Positions 53,701-64,000 of a stretch of DNA of 64,000 bases are shown in pieces (positions within the stretch are counted from its first letter, which is position 1; every line of letters begins with the position of its first letter). The stretch is taken from the NCBI GenBank assembly GCA_964035545.1, contig OZ037767.1, forward strand, positions 16,861,781-16,925,780, written 5' to 3'. Under the pieces are notes generated by a model, which searched no databases, was not told the DNA's origin, and saw only the letters and a list, made by a program, of their open reading frames with translations. The stretch is from Bugula neritina. Taxonomy: Eukaryota > Animalia > Bryozoa. A program made the translations under genes and the position numbers.

Positions 53701-54600
53701 CGGTTGGTTTTTACTTGCATATACTAGTGCTCTGAAGTCACAGTTTAAATGAAATTATTTTAAAATATGCAACTTTTAATCAATTAAATGAAGGTTTTTG
53801 TGATAAACAGATATATGTAATTATATCAACAGTTTACCCAACAACCACCAGCCATGCTTGGGCGACTGTGGAATTTCCTCACTGGTGAAGAAGATGCACC
53901 TCCCAGACAGACCAGGTCAGAGTTGTCTTCTTCCTAAACCACTGTTTTACAATGTAGTGAAATAATCAAAATCTTCAGTTATTTATGATGAATAAAATAA
54001 GCTGCAGTTTAAACAAGCTAGTAGTTAGCATAAATTTCCATAATATAGCATGAGTACCTCTATATTTCATAGAGGTTTGGGGAAAGGGTTATGATTTATA
54101 TCCTAGCAAATAAAGCTTGTGTTCAGCTATGTATGTTGTCATGTGATCAAAATGCTAGTAAGACGCCACAAGTTAATGTAGACCTCTAGACCAACTCTCA
54201 TATGACACTGCTGTATCTGGGAGTAACATAGTAAACATAACACTGCTGCAGGCTGTGTATTGTTACATCCATTCTCTCTTCACTTCAGCTCTGCTCAAAG
54301 CAACTGCTCTGTTTTTACCAGCCATGAGAGCGTGCATCACTCATTTGGAGAGTGCGTTTCTTGTGCCCAGAGATAGGAAAGTTTTATTGTGTTATATAGG
54401 TTGAGTGCTTGTATCAAATGAATTAATTTTATACCGAAAATTATTTATGTTTTCACGCAGTGAAACCTCAATCTTGCTCAGAGTGAAACCCAGGACACTC
54501 TTCACCATCAATCTTGTTCGCCGGGCTACTCGAGAAAGGTGATTACCCAAAGTTCTGACAGCAAGTCGTTTTAAGGTGGTTTAAAGACAGGAGTTAAGAG
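50795..54600 (+). pseudogene. Tandem array of six ~450-bp exon3+exon4 pseudo-units, then exon 1/2/3 paralogs
   Basis: Exon-3-like copies start at ~50963, 51409, 51858, 52306, 52834 and 53262. Full-length exon-4-like copies carry ACT TAG where the live exon has ACT CAG. Three exon-3 copies lost the GT donor and two are frameshifted in an A-run. Exon-1-like at 53854-53915. Confidence 0.8.
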
Positions 54601-55810
54601 GTCCAGTTAGACTTCTGCAGATTATTTTCCTCAATAGATTCAATTGCTTATTTTTTGAGAAAGGTCCCAGAAAAGGTAGGAAACTGTCGTAATTAACTTC
54701 AGGTCAACAGGTCAGGTCTGTTTTTAGAGCAATGTTAGTAGCTATCATAATATTGGCATTTTACATTATCATTACATGGTATTACATCATGTGTTATATC
54801 AAATATTACTTTATCATTATTACAATGCATTATGGCCATTAGTTATATTACAATGAATTTTTGCCATCAGTATTATATATTATCAGTTGTATTACATATT
54901 CTATACTGCACGCCTTCCCTTCTCCAGAAGTTATGATTGCCCTCCACAGCATACAATCGGAAAGTGGGGCTGGAACTGCTACTTAGCTAATGCGGAAAAG
55001 ATTTTTAGAGCAAAAAGATTATAAGATGTAAAAAAACTCATCAGTCTGAAAATGTTAGTGACTACACTGTGATATTCTGCACATAGCATTATCATTTCAT
55101 TACCCACTGCCAGCATAGGAGGATATGGACTTTAACTATTGTCGTTGCTTCTGAGCAAAAGAACCAAGTTCCACTAATCTCAGGGAGCCATTCTCCAGTA
55201 CGCAGAGGCAAAAGAGTTACATTGTATTAAATGCACTAATTACTAATTGATATCAAAAATATAAAATCTAAAGTACACTTTCAAAAAATGTGTATGCAAA
55301 TTGCAGGTTATTCAACATTTCTACATTTAGGCTGTAAGATTTTTATCTTAGCCAGGATAAAAAATAGCTCAGATTTCCCTCTTGTCTCCTTTTGAAAAAA
55401 AATCTTAAACTTAAGTGCCCATTGTCATAGATTGATAGAGTATTCCAGCTATGCGAGGCATGCATTCCCATTGATATCTTTTACTAAATTCGAAGAAATA
55501 AAGTGCCATTTGTAATGGCTAAATAAATCAACAAAAACATGAACCTCAATCAAATTGTAATATAACACCCATCACTAGCAATCTTGTTTATTAGATTATG
55601 TGAAAAAACGAGGAGTACCAGAAGTTACAATAAAGTGTTTATTGGTAACTAACTATAGCCTTAAAAGCTGACTTTGGGTATAAGACTTGCAGAGACTATT
55701 CCTAATGATGTTTGTTCATAGACCTAAAATATATTGTGCAAATGCCGACATATAGACAGTGCATTTAAAGCACATGGTTAAACATCAAAGCTTGACCGTT
55801 CTTATGAGGA

Positions 55811-55891
55811 CACACTGGAGAAGAGCCATAAAGGTATAAAAAATGTGGGAAGGCCTTCAGACTAAGTGCAAACTTGGCCACATTGCTGATC
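55811..55891 (+). pseudogene. Degenerate C2H2 zinc-finger remnant
   Basis: Reads HTGEEP*RYKKCGKAFRLSANLATLL, matching the HTGEKPYxCxxCGKAF linker/finger pattern, with a stop and lost zinc ligands. Confidence 0.65.
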
Positions 55892-58559
55892 AAAAAAGCA
55901 CCATGGAAATTCGCAATAGAAAATAGAAAAACATGGCAAAATAATTTCAAATAGTTTCAAGTATTGTAAAACCTTTATAGTACAATGCTTTAGCATGCAC
56001 AGATTTGGCAGCAGTTATCATATGATTTGTAATGTCTAAAGTTAGTTTGTATAACTGTTTTTAAATACACTCTAAATATAAGTCTTGTAGCGATTGTGGT
56101 ATCTGAAGTGCATGTACACATATTTACGTGGCTAAAGCTAGAGCAGTGATGCAATGTATATTTAAATTGTAAAAATATCTGACTTTTGCTGACACCAAAA
56201 AGTATCACGCATACAGATTTTTGAATCGTTGGAATGTTGGTGATGTCTACTCATTAAATTGGCTGTTGAGATAAAAATTGAAATATTTAGTAAGGTGTGT
56301 GCTGATTAAATCTCCCAATGTATTAGCAATGAGCTTCTTGTCTATAAAGCATGCATTTTCAGAAAAAGTGGAAAGTTGAAATAAATTCAAATTGATGCAA
56401 TTTAATGCTTACACGTTTAAATTGGTAATTATGTTACATGTATACTTGAAAGTGTGTTTTGAATGAGACGAGCTATGTTGTTGACAGCTCTGACCCCAGG
56501 TTTGAACATATCTTTTCAAACTTTCAACAAACTCATAATGAGTCTTTTAGTAAATACGTGGAGCGACGGCCTTTTGTTGCCACATGAGACTATGACCTGC
56601 CGTTCTCACCTACTACATGTAGTTTAACAGCTTGTCTCAGCCAAGTCTATTTAATGTTAATGTTTATTTGTTATCTTTGTTATCTTTATATAAAATATAC
56701 TGATCTTGTAACCTATAAAAAACATCAACTGCACAAAAGTAACAATAATCTAATACTTAAGCAGTTTTTTCTATTTTTCAAACTGAAATAAAGTTATCAA
56801 AAACGCAAAGTTTGAAAGTAGGGCTAGAGTAAAACACCCATGTAACACTAACACTCAGAGTAACAGTAAATGTAGCTGACAATCTGAATGACTATGACTG
56901 AAGTAATACTAACAGTATTAGTAATATGAATATTTATAGTTATAAAAGCATTAGTAACACTAATACTGACTTTATTATTACTAATGATAATTGTAATAGA
57001 TCACTTGATGTAATACTAATAGTTTTATATAAATACTACTATTAATGTTAGACTTAGTATTACAGTATCAATTAGTATTAGCACATTGCTATTTCAATTT
57101 GTATTAAGCATTTATTATTACCAAATTATTAAATATTAATATAATTATAATACTAATAGTATTAGTAATAGTAAATCATAAATAATTAATAAACAATAAC
57201 TGAATAAGTAATTCATGATGATGATCACTGATGGTTGTTTTAGTTTATATTAAGCTTTACCTAACAGTAAATCAAAATAAATGTAATACCAATTACCAAA
57301 AATCAAAATCCAATAATCATTAATGACAATATTAAAATTCAATACTAATACTAATAGGAATGATAGTAATAATATTAATTAATAAATAAAAATACTAACA
57401 CCGAGTAATACTAATAGTAATACTATTAATAATTATTATTATAATACACTAATACTAATAGCAATACAAAAACACGTGTCACTATCAGTATGAGACATGA
57501 GTAGTAGCATAAAAAATAAAGATTAAGTGCAGATTGAGATTCACTTGCTACTTTAAATTAGGCAATTATGAACTATCTTCATACTTATAGTTATTAATGT
57601 TATTATATGTATCATTATTATTATGAATATGATTATTTAATTAATATTTATATTACTCATTATGAAAATCTATATTTTAATTTATTATAAAATAAGAATT
57701 AAATTCAAATTGACAACCAGAAAAAAAGCAAATATATAAAGAATAATAACTACAATTAATTAACTGGTAATATTACAAACCGTGTTGAACTAAAATCGAT
57801 GATCTTAGAGGATGCTCAAGTAGCTAAAGCCTAAATAAACAACAACGCTCATAGTACGAAGTGAGAGCCTCATGGCCATTCTGATTCTAGCTCATCGCTC
57901 AGTAGCCCGCTTTTTGTTGCAGACGACAGTCAGTCACGTGATAGAATTTTGTGCCCATGATCCGTTTTAGGAAGACAATTCTCAAAACTATCTGCGCGGG
58001 TTAGTTATCTGCAGACTGCTTCATCCTGTTAATCCTGTTAATATTATATTATGCTAGAATTTCATGTTAATTTATATTGGTATTCATGCCCTCAATTTCA
58101 TATATTTTACAGGTAAAAGCAGGTTGTCCTTTTTTGGAGTTAGGTTACTTTATGTAATAGTAATACCTACTGCAATTGGTAAAGTTATTTATTATTGAGT
58201 ATTTGCTAAAGAGAAAGTAGCAACATTTACATTATGATTATGATTATCACTTTATGTGATTGCTGATTATCCTTATCATTATGATTATGATATTGATTAT
58301 TAAAAATAAAATATTATTATTCATATTGTTATTTTCATTTATATTGATATATTTATTATAAAATTACATCTAACAATAATTATAATGGCATTAGTTGAAC
58401 AATTTCTGTTAACCTTGCCCTTAGAGTGACAGCCATAATATTACTAATACTAAGTCTAATAGTAATACTAATACTAATACAGTAATAGTAATAGTCATAC
58501 TGTCATAGTAATACTGATACTGTGATAGTCATTTGGAAAACCGCTAAACCACAAATCAG

Positions 58560-60090
58560 GGATTACGGACAATGGTGGCATGGCGTTCGCGCGCTAAATT
58601 TTTATGATTTGAGTTCTTTACCAAATTTGGTTCAAAATTATACATAATTAGGGATAGCCTGTAGTTTAAAAATATGTTTCAAGCATTTATAGGTACCAGG
58701 GTATTTACAAAATTATTTAAATAATTCAATTAATTTATACAATTTATTTTACACTGCCACCATCGTACCAAGATGACCAAAAGTAAAAAAATAGAATCTC
58801 AGCCAGTGAACTCTGAATCAAAACGGCTTGGAGATGGGCAGGCGGATATCAGTAGTAACCATGAGGAAAGATGTGCCACATGCAATGAGATAGATTGCAC
58901 TCTCCAAGGGAGGAACAACAGGCAAATCAAGGTTCTCACTAAGTGGATTACCTGTGATCTCTGCAACCAATGGTACCATGGAATATGCCAGGACCTGCAG
59001 CGAGCTGATGTATCATGTATAACTAAGTTGGCAGAGAAAGGCGTGAGCTGGAAGTGCAGTGACTGCAGAGATAAAACAGAAAACAACCTACATGGAGAAA
59101 GTCTAACACAGCCCATGACTCAAAAAACAACACAGCAGATTGACAACAGAGAGAGGATAGTGAAGGAAATTGCTGAACAAAGCCATAAATTAAGTGAGAT
59201 GGAACAGAAATGGTCTGATGTCGTCAAGCAAAATCTTGAGAACATTGAAAAGAATAAACAGATTGCTGCAAATGCAAAAACATTGATAGAAAAGAGTCAC
59301 CAACTGAGGGAAGAAGAGAGTAGAAAGAGCAATACTATCGTTACCGGGGTCACTGAAAAAGATAGTAAAACATCAATGGAGCAGATACAAGAACTAATGA
59401 GAATGGAAGGTTTTACCAAAACCAACTCACCAACTCAGGCTTTTAGGCTAGGAAAAAAACAGAAAATGATGTACACAAACGTCCAATCAAGGTGAGATTT
59501 GAGAATGAGCAATCGAAATGGGAGTTCGTTAAAAGGTTCAACAATCAAATACTGAGAGAACAGGGTATTTACTGCAGACTTGATGAAAGCAAAGAAATCC
59601 GAAATCAACAATTCCAGCTGAAAAAGGAAGCTAACAGGCTTAGAGAGGAAAATACATCTATAGCATATCGAGTGAGAGACACGCAAATACAAGAAAAGCA
59701 AGCCTCGGGGGAATGGAAAGTGATGAAACAAGTCCAACAAAAGAGAGTGACGGAATGCTGAAAGTATTCCTCGCCAAGCAAGCACTGTGTAGACTAGATC
59801 TCAGGTTTCAGGACTCCCCAGATCAGTTAGAGCAAACAAGAATGAATATTTTTATAGTTTTCTCCCAAGAATGATAAGATATATATGAGAATCAGCACTG
59901 ATTGAGTGACTTTTCCAGAGCATTCAATAACTGTAAATCATACACAGACGGGCAGGTTAGTCTGTTTAGTTAATCTGCACAAGAATTTTAACATTATTTA
60001 AAATACTGCTCAAGTACTGACAAACTTATTTTCTATATGCGACAAAACCCTTCTTCCCTCTAGGGAGGTCCAGTGTGGTATCAACAGGTA
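58560..60090 (+). mobile_element. Decayed CR1/L2-like LINE, copy B (ORF1 nearly intact, ORF2 deleted)
   Basis: ORFs 58773-59495 and 59492-59761 are a frameshifted ORF1 with a C4HC3 PHD finger (CATC..WITCDLCNQWYHGIC..WKCSDC). About 960 bp of ORF2 are missing at ~59777. Confidence 0.85.
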
Positions 60091-61300
60091 TTTTTCCAAC
60101 TAGTCTCAACATTGTGATTGTGGGTGTCATTGATGATTTCTAATTGGTCAATATTGACCTATCATGTTCTATCAATCTTCAAAGTTCATTGTCACTACAA
60201 CTGTATCATAATAATTATTGTTTTACTATTTCATTACCATAGGTATGGTGACAGTCGCACAAAATAATTAACAATAACTGTAATTTATATTATTTATTTG
60301 AGTTATGGACACTAGATTGTAGAATTATCATTAATCTGGTTTGAATAATTTGTATTTACATTACTGATATTCAAGATAATTGCAATGACAACTTTGCATC
60401 CAAAGTGAATCTAATTTTGTTTTCATTAGCTTTGATATCATTGATGATGCAATTTGATTTACTTCTAATTTCACTGCACAGAATTAATAGGAGTAAATCA
60501 ATATTCTAATTTATGGTGCCTGTTTATTTAATAAACTTTGTGACACCTTGACAAAACTTTGCACCCTTTCAAATGTGTCAAGCCTAAAATATAATTATTG
60601 ATGTTGTTAAGGTTTTGATAGCATCAATATGTGCTTTATGACATTGTAAATGATCACTATAGCTAGATTAGTATGTAGCACTAATTACCACTAGATAAGT
60701 TAGTACAAATTAGCACTATGATTAGGTGAATTAGTGATGATTTAAATATATTTGTAAAGACAGACAATACCTGCTAAAGATGTCAAATGAAATTTACCTT
60801 CTATTTTATGATGAGATAAAAATCAAAGCTATGCTCACAACTTTAAAAATTGAATTGATTTTATGTATTTTGTTATTTGTTTAGTATTTTGATAATAATT
60901 GTTCTTGAATTTAATAATATTAACAATTTTAAATATTGTAGCATTCTTGAAATAGTTCATTAATTTTAATCTTAAAATCATGGAATTTCTCGTAAGAAAT
61001 ACTATCCAATGAGGACTGAGAAATTTCTTGTGCACATAATGATTATGATGTAATAAACCAATTGCTTCACATTTGATCTCGATTATAAGAGAATTCAGAT
61101 TGCGTGTGCCATCTTACTATTTTCTAATTCCTCACTTCTCCACAGTCAGGTTGGTTTTTACTTGTGTATACTAGTGCTCTGAAGTCACAGTTTAAATGAA
61201 ATTATTTTAAAAGATGCAACTTTTAATCAATTAAATAAAGGTTTTTGTGATAAACAGATATATGTAATTATATTAACAGTTTACCCAACATCCACCAGCC

Positions 61301-64000
61301 ATGCTTGGGCGACTGTGGAATTTCCTCACTGGTGATGAATATGCACCTCCCAGACAGACCAGGTCAGAGTTGTCTTCTTCCTAAACCATTGTTTTACAAT
61401 GTAGTGAAATAATCAAAATCTTCAGTTATTTATGATGAATAAACTAAGCTGCAGTTTAAACAAGCTAGTAGTTAGCATAAATTTCCATATTATAGCATGA
61501 GTACCTCTATATTTCATAGATGTTTGGGGAAAGGGTTATGATTTATATCCTAGCAAATAAAGTTTGTGTTCAGCTATGTATGTTGTCATGTGATCAAAAT
61601 GCTAGTAAGACGCCACAAGTTAATGTAGACCTCTAGACCAACTCTCATATGACACTGCTGTATCTGGGAGTAACATAGTAAACATAACACTGCTGCAGGC
61701 TGTGTATTGTTACATCCATTCTCTCTTCACTTCAGCTCTGCTCAAAGCAACTGCTCTGTTTTTACCAGCCATGGGAGCGTGCATCACGAAGAGAAGGCGA
61801 GTTCCACCAGTCTCGCAGAGCCCTTCTCTTGTGAGCAGAGGTAGGAAACCTACACCGTATTAAATGTACTGTGAGGTATATACTGCATGCTGAAATCACC
61901 TCTGTTCTACCTCCATCTCTGTTCTACCTCCATCTCTGTTCTACCTCCATCTCTGTTCTACCTCCATCTCTGTTCTACCTCCATGTCTGTTCTACCTCCA
62001 TCTCTGTTCTACCTCCATCTCTGTTCTACCTCCATCTCTGTTCTACCTCCATCTCTGTTCTACCTCCATCTCTGTTCTACCTCCATCTCTGTTCTACCTC
62101 CATCTCTGTTCTACCTCCATCTCTGTTCGACCTCCATCTCTGTTCTACCTCCATCTCTGTTCTACCTCCATGTCTGTTCTACCACCATCTCTGTTCTACC
62201 TCCATCTCTGTTCTACCTCCATCTCTGTTCTACCTCCATCTCTGTTCTACCTCCATCTCTGTTCTACCTCCATCTCTGTTCTACCTCTATCTCTGTTCTA
62301 CCTCCATCTCTGTTCTACCTCCATCTCTGTTCTACCTCCACCTCTGTTCTACCTCCATCTCTGTTCTACCTCCATCTCTGTTCTACCTCCACCTCTGTTC
62401 TTACAGTGAGACCTCCATCTTCCTCCGAGTCAGACCTGGATCTGAGGTGACTCTAGTCATCCCCCGGAGGAAGAAACCGCGCAGGCCCCAGCGGACTCCA
62501 TTCACTATCAGCCCTGTTCGCCGGGCTGCGCGAGAGAGGTGAGTAAAAGTTGTAGTGGCAAGCGGTTTTAGAGTTATATAACACAATGCAGGGGTCATTA
62601 ATCTTGTATCTTGTATATAGATTACATTTTGTGTCTTGTTTGTAGCTCACATTTTGTATCCTGCGTGTAGGTCACATGTTGTATCCTGTATATAGGTCAT
62701 ATTTTGTATTCTGTATGTAGGTCACATCTGCTCACCGATGTGGGCGTCGAGGCAGGCGTTGAGGTCTCCTGTCAGGCGACTCAGTGCATCCAGCGCTCTG
62801 CCTCTGTAGACATCAACTCCCAGAAGAGGTAAGAAAGTCGTGCTGTTAGTATACTGAGATACCTGATAGTATACTGAGTTACCTGATAGTATACTGAGAT
62901 ACCTGTTAGTATACTGAGATACCTGTTAGTATACTGAGATACCTGTTAGTATACTGAGATACCTGTTAGTATACTGAGATACCTGATAGTATACTGAGAT
63001 ACCTGATAGTATACTGAGTTACCTGTTAGTATACTGATAGTATACTGAGATACCTGATAGTATACTGTTAGTATACATGTTTACAGTTCAGAACCCGGCT
63101 GTGTGGACAGATCTGTCCAGTGCGCCACAACCAGCCAGGCTCCAGCCTCCCAGCACAGTCGGGCAAGATCTCGTCTGGAGAGAAAGACGTCCACTGCTGG
63201 CACCACACTGAGCAGCAGAAAGCCGAGCGGCAGCGGCGTTGCTGTACCACATGAAAGGGCGACATGTGCTCCTCAGGTGGTGTTAAGTCAGCAGCCTGTT
63301 CTAGCCACCTGTGCTCAAGGGAATGTGTTTGCTATGCAAATGGCATACCACCTTGGGCACCTGACAGGCCTGCTGACTACAGCACTGTAAGTACCCTCTC
63401 TTTAACACTTGTTGACACCTACCAGTGAGCTTACTTCCCTAAGTAATTTACTTTTGTGTCTTATTGAGTGTAAATCACACACTGCAGTATTGAGTTAACC
63501 CAGCAGACCCCGTAGTGTATTGGTTAACCCTCCCGCTTGCAAGCCAGATGCCTCAAGTTTCACTCCCGGTGGCGGCAAAATTTTATAAGTTTATAATTTG
63601 TGACTTGCAGCAACACTAAGGAGTCAGAAAAGAGAAAGGTAGATGCCAGCACTTTAGTCTCAACACGCTATCCTTCTCTGAAACTACCCAACACCAGATC
63701 CGCTTTCACTATCAGCCCTCTCCGCAACTCTGAATCGAGAAGGTACGAAAGTAATGGAAATCATGTCAGTGAATACTATTGCATGAGGACTGATAACACC
63801 TACCTGTTGGTTATGGTTACACATCTTGTACCTATCATCACGTTGTGGTGTTCTGTTTCACGTGTGTTCTCTATTACAGGCCTAATATTGGGTCGCGTCT
63901 CTTCAGAAGGCAGGCTGATATAAGTATAGCCGGGCAGCTCACCCTGAGCTCTGGTGTTCCAAGAGAGACAACTCTGTGCTCAACCATCGGTCACTCTGAT
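61301..64000 (+). CDS. Same orphan gene, copy B (exons 1-7, truncated by the window end)
   Basis: Exons 61301-61362, 61736-61840, 62407-62538, 62721-62828, 63087-63386, 63611-63742 and 63880->64000. Lengths and phases match copy A, with no stop or frameshift. About 15 substitutions versus copy A by manual comparison. Confidence 0.8.
61898..62400. repeat. 17-bp minisatellite x~29 in intron 2 of copy B
   Basis: Same unit as 14827-15564, with fewer copies. Confidence 0.95.

Larger units (their letters stand above)
46620..64000 (+). repeat. Large direct segmental duplication, copy B
   Basis: Partner of 1560-17513. It differs by sub-array copy number, VNTR length and indels of about 1 kb. Confidence 0.9.

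Overview
AT-rich animal (invertebrate-like) genomic DNA with GT-AG spliceosomal introns; no prokaryotic features. The core is an unrecognised 18-coding-exon gene on the + strand (ATG 14227 to TAG 24784, about 1,576 aa by manual splicing). It encodes a Ser/Pro/Arg/Lys-rich, probably disordered protein. All 17 introns are phase 2, so every internal exon is a frame-neutral module. Downstream of the stop lie about 15-19 exon-like segments with no ORF (25.5-34.7 kb), bounded by canonical splice sites, built by duplication and carrying a recurring small hairpin. The gene sits in a near-identical direct duplication (offset about 45-48 kb depending on indels): a second copy with an open frame starts at 61301 and runs off the window. 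Each copy is preceded by nested arrays of decayed exon 1-5 paralogs and a decayed PHD-ORF1 LINE (CR1/L2-like). The spacer between copies holds a ~2.6-kb inverted repeat around a (CA)n tract, a TARBP1/Trm3 SpoU-domain pseudogene fragment, and a solo LTR. Many of the longer ORFs in the supplied track are minisatellite artefacts or antisense shadows. All gene models were derived by eye from splice signals and frame continuity, with no expression or database evidence.
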